From a virus: a DNA stretch of 64,000 nucleotides. Position 1 is the first letter of the stretch. Each line of letters starts with the position of its first letter. Positions 35,328 to 45,173 of the stretch are shown here, piece by piece. The position numbers and the translations under genes were made by a program. The notes under the pieces were generated by a model. That model had not been told where the DNA came from, did no database searches, and saw only the letters and a program-made list of their open reading frames with translations. Where the stretch lies: the IMG/VR virus record IMGVR_UViG_3300023184_000107, positions 3,651-67,650 of that record; one strand, given 5' to 3'.

Positions 35328-35574
35328 GGCATCACCACATAATCCCTTTAGCAAAATTATTAATCTAATACCTTGGACCTCAACTGTAGTGACCACAGAG
35401 TTATTAGATAGTATTGCACTTGTGCTAACAACAGCACAGCCAAAACCAACTCAAAATATTAATCACTATATTTTGAAATCTCTATATTACCTACATGAAC
35501 TAGGTTATGTAGAAATTAGTGCCCTAAAAATGGACACTGCTGAGGGTAAATTTTACATAATAAAAAGGATTTAA
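35305..35574 (+). CDS. hypothetical protein
   Basis: Operon ORF. Confidence 0.55.
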   Translation: MTKLKLLEASPHNPFSKIINLIPWTSTVVTTELLDSIALVLTTAQPKPTQNINHYILKSLYYLHELGYVEISALKMDTAEGKFYIIKRI

Positions 35575-35970
35575 ATGGCACAGAATAAAACCAGTAAAGG
35601 CCAAGAGGGCTATTATAGTCGCTATAAGGCTAACAAGACTTGGGAAGTCAACCGTAAACGTAAACTTGAGCGCACGCTAAAAGCTCAACCAGATAACCTA
35701 CAGGTAAAAACAGCCTTAAAATCTATTGTTTATAGACGTAGAATTCCTGGTACACGTCCTTGGAGTGCAAGCTGGATTCGCTTAGCAAAGCTGTTTAAAC
35801 TATTTACAGGTCGTTTTGATCCTGCAATTATGTCTGCTAATGCCGACATATCTAGGGCTGCCATGCAGAAACCTGGGCCTAAAACATTGCAAAAGTTAAA
35901 CAATCCAGTAATGGCTGACAAGAACTTCTTTACTCTGTCTAGCAGGATCTACAAAGGTCCAAGTAAATGA
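35575..35970 (+). CDS. basic hypothetical protein
   Basis: AAGGA SD; NR.RKLER.LK..P.N motif. Confidence 0.65.
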   Translation: MAQNKTSKGQEGYYSRYKANKTWEVNRKRKLERTLKAQPDNLQVKTALKSIVYRRRIPGTRPWSASWIRLAKLFKLFTGRFDPAIMSANADISRAAMQKPGPKTLQKLNNPVMADKNFFTLSSRIYKGPSK

Positions 35971-36209
35971 CGCTATTAACACTGTATTGTATATTTGCAC
36001 TTACTACAGCTATAGTGTCTATTTACGAATTACTGATACCAGTAATGAAGGCTCAGCAAAAACCCATTGATAATAAGATCTTGTTAATCACAACATTTTT
36101 TGTTATCAATGTTATAATCGCCCCACTAGTATTCTTAAGTTGCATCGTGCCAGCTATGGCAGAGAGATTTAGAGAAGCACTTGATGTGGGACTGTTTCCA
36201 AAGGCATAA
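35967..36209 (+). CDS. 2-TM membrane protein
   Basis: Two hydrophobic segments; ATGA coupling. Confidence 0.6.
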   Translation: MTLLTLYCIFALTTAIVSIYELLIPVMKAQQKPIDNKILLITTFFVINVIIAPLVFLSCIVPAMAERFREALDVGLFPKA

Positions 36210-36280
36210 AAATTTACACTTGTTATTAGAACTAAATCGCTGTATAATATATACTTAAACACACTAAACAACACAATACT

Positions 36281-36553
36281 ATGAACATCCTAACTTTCAA
36301 TTACACAAAAGATAATGGCAAACAATCTGACAGAGTTCTGGCAGTGTTGGTTAAGCCTAATACCATGTTTGAAGGCATTGATATCAGTGAGCTAGATATG
36401 CACACACAGGGTGAGTTTGCTGAACAAATGAATCGTGTTCAAGAAGTTTATGTTGCAGCTATTGAAGCTGTTAAATCTAGCTTTGATGTTTGCAATAACT
36501 ATCGTCGTTTCGACCCTAAGAAAATGCAGGCAGTAGTTGCTGAAGTAATCTAG
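36281..36553 (+). CDS. hypothetical protein (WYL/SH3-like)
   Basis: F.YTK.NG..S.R...YRRF pattern; own promoter. Confidence 0.6.
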   Translation: MNILTFNYTKDNGKQSDRVLAVLVKPNTMFEGIDISELDMHTQGEFAEQMNRVQEVYVAAIEAVKSSFDVCNNYRRFDPKKMQAVVAEVI

Positions 36554-36600
36554 ACTAGTAATCACAGTTTTTGGCAGGGTTCTGTAAAAACCTTGTCATA

Positions 36601-36675
36601 GCCGGATTAGCACAGTGGTAGTGCACCCGCCTTGTAAGCGGGTGGTCGAGGGTTCGAATCCTTCATCCGGCACCA
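36601..36675 (+). tRNA. tRNA-Thr(UGU)
   Basis: Cloverleaf, TGT, CCA. Confidence 0.9.
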
Positions 36676-36828
36676 TATTTTAGCACATTTGGGTTAAAAC
36701 CCCACCCTGCATAACAGCCGGGGCTCCCTGGCCAGCTAGTGTGCTAAAATATGATAATAATTATTTACTTGAAAAACTTGTTATCATACTGTATAATTAA
36801 TCCTTAAACACAACCAGGAAACTAAAAA

Positions 36829-37194
36829 ATGGCATGGACTGACGAGCAAAAGCAACAAGCAATCGACACCTACACAGCTGGAGATCCTACTCCAGAAAAC
36901 TCAACTGAGCTAATCAAAGAAATTGCTGATGACATGGAACAGTCGGCTAACGGCGTTCGCATGATCTTAGTACAAGCAGGCGTATATGTTAAGAAAGACA
37001 CAACCGCAAGTGGCACTAGCAAAACCAAAACCTCTACCACAACTGGCGACAAAGCTCCTCGTGTATCCAAGGAGTCGCAGATTGCTGAGCTTAAAGCAGC
37101 GATTCAGGCTCGGGGTGCAGAAGCTGATGACGAGATTCTTAATAAGCTGACTGGCAAAGCCGCAGCTTACTTTGCCAAAGTATTGGCAAGTTAA
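36829..37194 (+). CDS. D3: T5 D3-like DNA-binding protein
   Basis: W..E....I..Y, SANGVRMILVQAGVYVKK, KLTGKAA.YFA. Confidence 0.8.
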   Translation: MAWTDEQKQQAIDTYTAGDPTPENSTELIKEIADDMEQSANGVRMILVQAGVYVKKDTTASGTSKTKTSTTTGDKAPRVSKESQIAELKAAIQARGAEADDEILNKLTGKAAAYFAKVLAS

Positions 37195-37197
37195 AGA

Positions 37198-37222
37198 AAG
37201 GCAGCCTAGGCTGCCTTTTTTA
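37198..37222 (+). terminator. intrinsic terminator
   Basis: AAGGCAGCCTAGGCTGCCTT + T run. Confidence 0.75.
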
Positions 37223-37236
37223 TTTATAGTGTACAA

Positions 37237-37449
37237 ATGAACTCAAAAATAAAATTTAGAATGTTTGGTAAGGTGCCTGACGGTACATATGATCATAGTG
37301 GTCACCTTGTTAGATATGCTGTAGTAGAGGGTAATCCTGTAATTACCCTAAGTAAAATGTGGATAGATCAGGGTGGACCAGAAGACCTAGATCAATACTA
37401 TAGTCAACCTTGGGGCACATTTCCAGAAATACCTGCTAAACCTATATGA
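37237..37449 (+). CDS. hypothetical protein
   Basis: Coupled to methyltransferase. Confidence 0.5.
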   Translation: MNSKIKFRMFGKVPDGTYDHSGHLVRYAVVEGNPVITLSKMWIDQGGPEDLDQYYSQPWGTFPEIPAKPI

Positions 37450-38021
37450 CCTATAAATTAATAACAAGTGTTGCTGAACCACACTTAGGTGGCAACTTAC
37501 TGGACGGGGACGCTTGGACACACTGTCCAGGTGTATGGAATTATGTGATCGATCGGTTTGCTATTAAAAGCGTGTTAGACCTAGGATGTGGTTTAGGGTA
37601 TTCAAGCCAATATTTTAATCGTAAAGGGCTGGACGTACTAGCGGTAGATGGTATGATTGAGAATGTAAACAACTCTATCTACCCATCTTTACTATGTGAT
37701 CTTACAAAAGATCGTGTAACTACTAGAGTAGATCTAGTTCACTGCCAGGAAGTTGTTGAACATATTGAGGAAAAATACTTAGATAATATTCTTAGTTCCT
37801 TGACATGTGGTAAATTTATCTTAATGACCAATGCCTTGCCAGGACAGGGAGGGTATCATCACGTAAATGAAAAACCCACTGAATACTGGTTAGAACACCT
37901 AAAACGCTATAATTGTGAGTTGTTGACCGAAGATACTACACGTATTAGACGTATAGCAGAACAAGAGGGAGCAGTTTGGATGGCCTACACAGGAACACTT
38001 TACTCTAACAGAAACTACTAA
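37446..38021 (+). CDS. class I SAM-dependent methyltransferase
   Basis: VLDLGCGLG, EVVEHI, PGQGG.HHVNE (glycan-associated type). Confidence 0.85.
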   Translation: MTYKLITSVAEPHLGGNLLDGDAWTHCPGVWNYVIDRFAIKSVLDLGCGLGYSSQYFNRKGLDVLAVDGMIENVNNSIYPSLLCDLTKDRVTTRVDLVHCQEVVEHIEEKYLDNILSSLTCGKFILMTNALPGQGGYHHVNEKPTEYWLEHLKRYNCELLTEDTTRIRRIAEQEGAVWMAYTGTLYSNRNY

Positions 38022-38107
38022 GTAGCAAACTCATTTTGTAATCTAAAAAATCTTGACTTGACCCTAAGCTGCAAAAGTGTTATAATTAGGGCTTAACGGG
38101 AGAAAAC

Positions 38108-38716
38108 ATGGCAACACGCATAGCTAAAGAAAATGACTTGCTTACAGACGCTAACATTGAGCGAGTAATTGCAGGACTAGCCGCGACTCCACGCATGACT
38201 AAAAAGGATGCTTGTGCAGTAATTGGCATTGCCTATAACACTACCAGACTTGACAGTTTAATTGAAAAGTACCTAGACAAGAAGGCTCGCGATACATCTA
38301 GACGGGCTGCCCTACGTGGCAAACCTGCCACTAATGATGAAATTGTGTACGTTATTCAAGAGTACCTGGAAGGTGCTACCATTGACTCCATCTCTAAGGC
38401 AACCTATCGTGGCCCTAGCTTTGTTAAAGCAATCCTAGAAAGGTACAGTGTGCCCGTCCGTAATACTAGCACTGACTATTTTAAGCCTGGACTTATTCCA
38501 GATGCTGCAGTACGTGAACGCTATGCTATTGGAGAAGTTGTGTACAGTGCCAGGTATGATTCTTGTGCACGCATAGACACAGAGCAACATGATCCACGAT
38601 ACGGATGGATCTATCGAGTTTGGCTTCTGGCAGATAAGTGGAAACAGTCAGCGTATCAAGAGGCTTGTGAGTTAGCCAGTTTAGAACACCTTCGTAAATT
38701 AGGAGTACGAGTATGA
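38108..38716 (+). CDS. D2: T5 D2-like protein
   Basis: TKKDAC..I.I.YNTTRL, YL.G..I..ISK..YR. Confidence 0.75.
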   Translation: MATRIAKENDLLTDANIERVIAGLAATPRMTKKDACAVIGIAYNTTRLDSLIEKYLDKKARDTSRRAALRGKPATNDEIVYVIQEYLEGATIDSISKATYRGPSFVKAILERYSVPVRNTSTDYFKPGLIPDAAVRERYAIGEVVYSARYDSCARIDTEQHDPRYGWIYRVWLLADKWKQSAYQEACELASLEHLRKLGVRV

Positions 38717-39063
38717 GCAAATATACACCAGATCGTTGGGTAATGGTTAAGACCAATTTCAATGGTGCACAGTACTATAAAATCTTGGCCAGTTGGTATG
38801 GTGGATATATGGGTAGTGATAGCTGGAAACTTAGTTCTGGAACCCTTTGCACACAGTTTGATAAAAAAACCAACCAATACCACTTTCCTCAAGTCAGTAA
38901 GAGTGAGTATGTGTGCTATAAAAATACCTATGGCACAAGCGGTTATACTCAAGGTGTGTTTGTAAACTGGGTAAAATGTCTAGAAGAGCGAGGTTATAGT
39001 GGTTGTCTAATTATACTGCCGGAAGACACAGACTTCTTAACACTGGATTATATAAATGACTGA
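38713..39063 (+). CDS. conserved phage hypothetical protein
   Basis: YTPD.WV, W.GGY..SDSWKL.SG. Confidence 0.7.
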   Translation: MSKYTPDRWVMVKTNFNGAQYYKILASWYGGYMGSDSWKLSSGTLCTQFDKKTNQYHFPQVSKSEYVCYKNTYGTSGYTQGVFVNWVKCLEERGYSGCLIILPEDTDFLTLDYIND

Positions 39064-39340
39064 AGAATCTAATGTGCTATATGAAAAGCTGATCTATGAC
39101 AATCAGGATAAATTTTATCAGCTGCGTTTAGTGGCTAATGAATTTAAGGGTCGTCAGTACATACATATTCGCAAATACTTTCAAACCTACGAAGGTGATT
39201 ATCAAGCCAGTCTTGAGGGGGTTTCTATGGAAGCCAGTATCAGCAATATCTTAAGTTTGCTAGAGGGACTGATTGAGTTAGTATCTAAAGAAGAAGCCAT
39301 AGGCATAATTAACAAATACTTTAACGAGAGATTAAAATGA
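39056..39340 (+). CDS. PC4/p15-like ssDNA-binding protein
   Basis: EFKG..Y.HIRKYF, GVSM. Confidence 0.75.
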   Translation: MTEESNVLYEKLIYDNQDKFYQLRLVANEFKGRQYIHIRKYFQTYEGDYQASLEGVSMEASISNILSLLEGLIELVSKEEAIGIINKYFNERLK

Positions 39341-39975
39341 AACCTACAATTGCAATTTTTATACATGATCCACAATGTGAGACTGATTGTGCCTTAGGCA
39401 TGATTCAGGGTTTAGTATCAGACTTTAATGTGCGTACATTTGGCTTACATGAACTATCACTAGATTTTTTACAGGGGTATGATCTAGTGGCTTTTCCAGG
39501 TGGTATGGGCGATAGCAATGATTTTTATGGGATATTTGGTGAAGATCATATTACTGCAGTCCAAACCTATGTAGCAGAAGGTGGTAAGTATTTTGGTATA
39601 TGCATGGGTGCTTACTGGGCAGGTCCACTATACTTTGACTTAGTAACTGAGCTAACTGTTGAAAGATACATTGATCAACCTAATACAACTATTTTTCATG
39701 ATGGCCCCACTATGGCCAGAGTCATGTTTAATAGTTATGAAGAACAGTTCATGTACTTCTATGATGGATGTGCAATAGTGGGTGAAGACATGCAGGTAGT
39801 AGCCACTTACGATAATGGTAGTGCTATGGCAGCTATTCAAGATAATGTGGGTATGTTTGGTTGTCACCCAGAAGCACTAGGTTGGTGGTATGAAGAAGGC
39901 AATATGGCTGTTAGCTTGTTTGACCATGCCCACGCAGAACTAATGTGCGACTTTGTATACACACTACTAGATTAA
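39337..39975 (+). CDS. class I glutamine-amidotransferase-like (BPL_N-type) protein
   Basis: FPGG, YFGICMGAY, GCHPE. Confidence 0.75.
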   Translation: MKPTIAIFIHDPQCETDCALGMIQGLVSDFNVRTFGLHELSLDFLQGYDLVAFPGGMGDSNDFYGIFGEDHITAVQTYVAEGGKYFGICMGAYWAGPLYFDLVTELTVERYIDQPNTTIFHDGPTMARVMFNSYEEQFMYFYDGCAIVGEDMQVVATYDNGSAMAAIQDNVGMFGCHPEALGWWYEEGNMAVSLFDHAHAELMCDFVYTLLD

Positions 39976-40022
39976 TAAATTTAGTCTTGTAAAGTGTTGC
40001 TTAATACGGTATAATATAGTCT

Positions 40023-40976
40023 ATGAACAAAATTAAACAATATCTAGATATTGCATCAGCTAACTACTATGCAGGTAATCCCAGCATGACTGATGATGCA
40101 TTTGATCGTTTAGCTGAAAGCATTGGCTATAACAAAGTAGGTGCTAAGCAACACGAAAATATTAAACAGCACTTCTATCAGATGTACAGCTTGCAAAAGT
40201 ATTACGAAGATGAGGGCGTCAAGCCATTAGCCGATATTAAAGATATTACCACAACTCCTAAACTAGATGGCGCTGCTATCTCTGTGTTGTATATTGATGG
40301 TAATCTAGTAATGGCTCTTACTCGTGGCGACGGTACTGAGGGTACTGATATCACTGATAAGATTGTTGCGCGCAAAGACCTAGTGCCATTAACAGTTACC
40401 AGAACAGATACGTTTCAAGTTACTGGTGAGATTGTTTCTCCTAAAAATATTGCTAATGCACGCAACTATGCAGCAGGTGCACTAAGTCTTAAAGACCTAG
40501 AGGAATTTCGGACACGGGCTATTAGTTTCTATGCTTATGGTGTGTATCCGTCTAGATGCAAGAGTTTTAGAGCAGACATGGAAAATCTTTATGCTCTAGG
40601 ATTTGAAACCATCTACGCTAATGATCTATATAATATATATCCCTGTGATGGTATAGTATTCAGAGTTAATAGTAATGATGTATTTGCTGAAATGGGATAT
40701 ACTGCTAAGCATCCTCGTGGCGCTTATGCCAGGAAGGAACGAGCAGAAGCTGTAGAAACTGAAATTGTATCAGTTGAATGGAGTGTAGGTAAGTCCGGTA
40801 AGGTTACTCCAGTAGCTATTCTTAGGCCAATCATGATTGGCGATAAATTAGTATCTAGAGCTACGTTGAACAATCCCGGATTTATTGAAATGTTAGGGCT
40901 ATGTATTGGTGATACTGTAGGAGTAATTCTTGGGGGAGAAATCATACCCTGTATTACTCATAAGGTTGAAGCCTAA
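40023..40976 (+). CDS. ligA: NAD-dependent DNA ligase, subunit A
   Basis: KLDG, TRGDG, DGIVFR, OB fold GKSGKVTPVA. Confidence 0.9.
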   Translation: MNKIKQYLDIASANYYAGNPSMTDDAFDRLAESIGYNKVGAKQHENIKQHFYQMYSLQKYYEDEGVKPLADIKDITTTPKLDGAAISVLYIDGNLVMALTRGDGTEGTDITDKIVARKDLVPLTVTRTDTFQVTGEIVSPKNIANARNYAAGALSLKDLEEFRTRAISFYAYGVYPSRCKSFRADMENLYALGFETIYANDLYNIYPCDGIVFRVNSNDVFAEMGYTAKHPRGAYARKERAEAVETEIVSVEWSVGKSGKVTPVAILRPIMIGDKLVSRATLNNPGFIEMLGLCIGDTVGVILGGEIIPCITHKVEA

Positions 40977-41059
40977 TTTTTCTGAACCTAAGCTAAATAA
41001 ATTTACACTTGCCACAGCTTGCTTATTACGGTATAATAGACACACTAAAAGATAATACT

Positions 41060-41821
41060 ATGCAAAAGATAGAAATTCCTACAACCTGTCCTTGTTGCAA
41101 TTATGCGTTAATTTTTGTGAACGATCAGTTGTTCTGCCGAAATACAGCGTGTTCAGCACAGCTAAATAAAAAGTTAGAGAACTTCTGCAAGGTCTTGAGT
41201 ATTAAAGGCTTTGGCCCTAAAACAATTGAGAAACTTAACCTAGGTGATATCACAGAACTGTTTTACCTTGACCAGCAAATGGTCACTATTGCTCTAGGTG
41301 AAAAAACTGCGGTTAAGTTACTTGATGAAATTGAGAGAGCAAAAGCAGCTGATCTAGCCACCGTATTAGCTGCTTTCTCTATTCCACTTGTAGGCGGTAC
41401 AGCCTCAAAGAAAATTACAACAGTAGTATCACATATCAGTGAGATTACACAAGAAACCTGCAAACAAGCAGGTCTAGGGGCCAAGGTAACAGAGAATCTA
41501 CTAAACTGGATTGCTACAGATTACCAAGAGATGAAAGAATTCCTGCCGTTTACTTTTACTAGCGGCAAGCAGAATACAGTTAATACAAACTCTAAAAAGG
41601 TGTGCATTACTGGTAAGTTAAAGTCCTTTAAGAAGAAAGCCGACGCTGAGTCATCTCTAACAGCCGCAGGTTTCACTCTAGTAGATTCCGTAACTAAAAC
41701 TACAGACTATCTAGTAGACGAAGAAGGCAAAATGTCGTCAAAAAGAGAAAAAGCCGTTCAATACGGAATTATAATTATAACGGACATAAACGTCCTATTG
41801 AAAGAAAAAATAAATGAGTGA
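41060..41821 (+). CDS. ligB: NAD-dependent DNA ligase, subunit B (Zn finger/HhH/BRCT)
   Basis: CPCC..C...C, IKGFGPKT, CITG..SVTK.TDYLV; split as in T5. Confidence 0.9.
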   Translation: MQKIEIPTTCPCCNYALIFVNDQLFCRNTACSAQLNKKLENFCKVLSIKGFGPKTIEKLNLGDITELFYLDQQMVTIALGEKTAVKLLDEIERAKAADLATVLAAFSIPLVGGTASKKITTVVSHISEITQETCKQAGLGAKVTENLLNWIATDYQEMKEFLPFTFTSGKQNTVNTNSKKVCITGKLKSFKKKADAESSLTAAGFTLVDSVTKTTDYLVDEEGKMSSKREKAVQYGIIIITDINVLLKEKINE

Positions 41822-42560
41822 ATCTAAAGCAAAAAAATGGTCTGATGAAACAGTTGCTGAACTAATGAAAATCGTTGGAAATCAGTCACCTGTTAGCGTT
41901 GCGCGGGTTGAGCAAGCAGCTTCTGCCCTGGATGTTTCAGTACGTTCAGTAGCATCTAAACTGCGTCAACTAGACCTTGAAGTAGCTTCTATGGCTAAGG
42001 AACGGGTTTCTGCCTTTACTCCTGAGCAAACTGAAAGTTTGAGCAATTTTGTAGCTGATAACGCAGGCATGTTAACCTATAAGGATATTGCCGAGCAGTT
42101 TGATGGTGGTGATTTTACTGCCAAACAAATTCAGGGTAAATTACTTGCACTTGAATTAACTGGTTCAGTTAAAGCTGCTGATAAGGTTGAAGTTGCACGT
42201 ACTTACAGCGATAGTGAAGAAGCCGTCTTCATTAAAATGGCTAATGCAGGTAAGTACATTGAAGAAATTGCAACTGTACTTGGCAAGACTATTCCTAGCG
42301 TTCGTGGCAAGGCTCTCAGTCTTACACGTAAGGGTCAGATCGACAAGATCCCGGCTCAAAAAACCAGCCACGCTAAGAACGTTGTTGATGCAGTAGGCGC
42401 ACTTGGTGCTGCAATTGCAACAATGACTGTTGCTGAAATCGCTAAAGCTGTTGATAAAACAGACCGCGGTATCAAGACCTTGCTAACACGTCGTGGTGTT
42501 ACAGTGGCTGACTACGATGGCGCAGCTAAAAAAGCTAAGGCAGAAGCCAAAGCCGCTTGA
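41814..42560 (+). CDS. D5: T5 D5-like DNA-binding protein
   Basis: Tandem HTH repeats, SVRGKALSL; T5 synteny. Confidence 0.85.
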   Translation: MSESKAKKWSDETVAELMKIVGNQSPVSVARVEQAASALDVSVRSVASKLRQLDLEVASMAKERVSAFTPEQTESLSNFVADNAGMLTYKDIAEQFDGGDFTAKQIQGKLLALELTGSVKAADKVEVARTYSDSEEAVFIKMANAGKYIEEIATVLGKTIPSVRGKALSLTRKGQIDKIPAQKTSHAKNVVDAVGALGAAIATMTVAEIAKAVDKTDRGIKTLLTRRGVTVADYDGAAKKAKAEAKAA

Positions 42561-42633
42561 TCACATCTAACTCAATGAGTTAGTTGGCTGGGCTGGGAGT
42601 TAGAGATAACTCCTGGCCTTTTTAGTTTATACT

Positions 42634-42933
42634 ATGAAAATTACACTTAAATATTTTGACGAAGAGTCCTTTACGGCAGAAGAAGTAATTAAACAAGCCG
42701 TCCATAATTATGGCAAAGCTGTAGATGTGCATATTATGCCAGATTCTACAAAACCACATGATTTAATATATTTTGCTATTCAGCAAATTATCACACATCA
42801 ACAGCTGAGTATGCTGTATGATGATAAACTAGGCTACCAGTCTAGTATACAGAACCTACGTAATGAAACTCTCTATAAAATAACTGAGATCATAGACCAG
42901 GTTATTATTGACAACGAATCCAAGGTAACATAA
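42634..42933 (+). CDS. hypothetical protein
   Basis: Coupled to helicase. Confidence 0.65.
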   Translation: MKITLKYFDEESFTAEEVIKQAVHNYGKAVDVHIMPDSTKPHDLIYFAIQQIITHQQLSMLYDDKLGYQSSIQNLRNETLYKITEIIDQVIIDNESKVT

Positions 42934-44321
42934 TGGATATTAGTGCAGTTGTTCTTAACAAGTTACTAACGGAGAAAAATCTAGACGTTTGGTCAAAATT
43001 AAAGTTAGCCTTCATAGATCCTGCATATTCTACAGTTTATAGTTCCATTAATAGGTACTATGACAAGTATAGCACTATACCATCATTTGATGATTTAGAT
43101 ATTAATGCACGAGAGGGGTTAGCACAAAAAACGCTTGCTACCCTACGTCTGATTGATGATACAGACGTTTCGGCAGAAGTAGCGCTAGATGCTTTAATTG
43201 ACCAGTACACTCAGAATCAGTGTATTATACTATTAGATAAGTTTATTGATAAACTTCCTATCTATGATAGTTTAGAAATTAAGGAAAATTTAGCTGGTAT
43301 AGTACTAAGCTTAGATGAAAAAACCCTTAAAACAGAAGGGGTGTATGCCATGAATGATATCATGGTTTTTGTGCGCCCTGACGAGCTAGCAAAGAATCGA
43401 GTGCACTTAGGCCTTAATAACACCTTTGATAGTGTGTTAGGCGGAGTAGCCCGACAAGAATTAATATTGATTGGCGGTAAACGCGGTGCAGGTAAGTCTA
43501 TTACCTGTAGTAATCTTATGATTAATCAATATGAAGCAGGTAATACCAGTGCCTACTTTACAATTGAGATGATTGCACACGAAACACTTCAACGTAATAT
43601 TAGTATCTTAGCTAATGTAAATCATCAGAATATTAAGAATGGTAAACTAACAGACCAAGAGATGCTGTCTGTTATTAAAGCCCGAGCAGGCATGTTTGAG
43701 GATAGCAATTACTTAGTACAAGAATTCGTAAAAGACAGAGACCCCTATAAATTTGAAGAAGCAGTAGTACGAGATTGTGTGCTTAAATCTGATAATCAAA
43801 TGATTATCATTGATGATAGAGGTCTTACCCTTACATCTCTTGATTTACATCTAGGTAAAATCAAATCTAAGTTTGGTAGTAAGTTTACAGTAGCAGTAGT
43901 AGACTATCTAAATCAAATTGTAGTGGAAGGAGCCAGTCAGTTTGATTGGCAACCACAGATTGTTATAAGTAAAAAGCTAAAAGAGCTTGCCAGAAAATAT
44001 GATATTGTTATGGTTAGTCCGTATCAGATTGATGCCAGCGGAGAGACCAGATTTGCTAAAGGTATCTTAGATGCTGCTGATATTGCACTATTAATGGAAG
44101 CACATGCTAAAGAGGCTAATGCAATAAGCTTTGAGACTACTAAAATTCGTGGTGCTAAAGAGATGAAATTTACCAGTGTAATGGACTGGGATACACTACG
44201 GATTAGTCCTCAATCTATAGAGGCCCCTGCACAGGAGCAGAGTAAGAAGAGAGATAAGATACCTAGAGCAAATAGAGATAAAGTAGAGGAACCTGCCAGT
44301 GACCTACCTTGGGACGCATAA
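42933..44321 (+). CDS. dnaB: DnaB-like replicative helicase (T5 D6)
   Basis: GKRGAGKS, FTIEM, VVDYL, SPYQ, K.R. Confidence 0.9.
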   Translation: MDISAVVLNKLLTEKNLDVWSKLKLAFIDPAYSTVYSSINRYYDKYSTIPSFDDLDINAREGLAQKTLATLRLIDDTDVSAEVALDALIDQYTQNQCIILLDKFIDKLPIYDSLEIKENLAGIVLSLDEKTLKTEGVYAMNDIMVFVRPDELAKNRVHLGLNNTFDSVLGGVARQELILIGGKRGAGKSITCSNLMINQYEAGNTSAYFTIEMIAHETLQRNISILANVNHQNIKNGKLTDQEMLSVIKARAGMFEDSNYLVQEFVKDRDPYKFEEAVVRDCVLKSDNQMIIIDDRGLTLTSLDLHLGKIKSKFGSKFTVAVVDYLNQIVVEGASQFDWQPQIVISKKLKELARKYDIVMVSPYQIDASGETRFAKGILDAADIALLMEAHAKEANAISFETTKIRGAKEMKFTSVMDWDTLRISPQSIEAPAQEQSKKRDKIPRANRDKVEEPASDLPWDA

Positions 44322-45173
44322 ATGAACGATCCAGTACTAGATCTTCTTAAACAAAAAGCTGTATATTTCTCAATATCTGGAAAGGACTATGTTACTAAGT
44401 GTTTTAACCCAGAGCATGCAGACAGTAACCCTAGTTTTCGTATTGATAGAGTATCAGGTATAGCACACTGTTTTAGTTGCGGGTTTAAAACCAATATCTT
44501 TAAATTTTACGGATTACTAACAAATAACACCTCTATTAGAGTAGCTAAACTAAAAGATAAACTAAAAGCGCTACAAGTTAGCACAGAGGGTCTGGAGCCA
44601 TTAGATGGTGCAAGACCCGTTAATTCTGTATTTAGAGGTATTAGTACACAAACTTTAAAATATTTTGGAGCTTTTGAAACTGATCGAGTAGATAAGATGG
44701 AAGACAGGATTATATTTCCAGTCAAAGACATACGCAATAAAACAGTTTGCTATGTTGGTAGGCACAGCTTATCTAATGGTAATCCACGCTATGTAAATTA
44801 TCCTAGTGGCGTAACTATTCCACTATTCCCTACACGATTTAGTGAAAAACATAAGACTATTGTTTTAGTAGAAGGCATATTTGATATGCTAAACTGCTAT
44901 GACAAGGGATTACATAACGTTGTATGTACTTTTGGTACTACTAAATTACTCACTGATGTACCGGAAAAGCTGCTTAGTTTTAAGGTCATGGGTATACAAA
45001 AAGTTTTTATTCTCTATGACGGAGATACTGCAGGTAGAGAAGCAGCCAGAAAGATTAAACCACTGATTGAAGAATCTGGTTTTATGTGTGAGATTATTGA
45101 CTTGCCAGAAGGAGATGATCCTGGTATAATATCACAAGATTACGTTGATTCAATTAAGGAATACACTAAGTGA
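44322..45173 (+). CDS. dnaG: DNA primase
   Basis: CHC2 zinc motif, VEGIFD, YDGD.AG TOPRIM. Confidence 0.9.
   Translation: MNDPVLDLLKQKAVYFSISGKDYVTKCFNPEHADSNPSFRIDRVSGIAHCFSCGFKTNIFKFYGLLTNNTSIRVAKLKDKLKALQVSTEGLEPLDGARPVNSVFRGISTQTLKYFGAFETDRVDKMEDRIIFPVKDIRNKTVCYVGRHSLSNGNPRYVNYPSGVTIPLFPTRFSEKHKTIVLVEGIFDMLNCYDKGLHNVVCTFGTTKLLTDVPEKLLSFKVMGIQKVFILYDGDTAGREAARKIKPLIEESGFMCEIIDLPEGDDPGIISQDYVDSIKEYTK

Noticed and set aside
24194-36760. Theta (HDV-like) ribozymes after tRNAs
   Set aside because: No nested double pseudoknot found by eye; most tRNAs encode CCA. A motif search is still worthwhile.
40023-41821. Broken ligase pseudogene
   Set aside because: A two-gene NAD ligase is normal for T5-like phages; subunit B has its own promoter.
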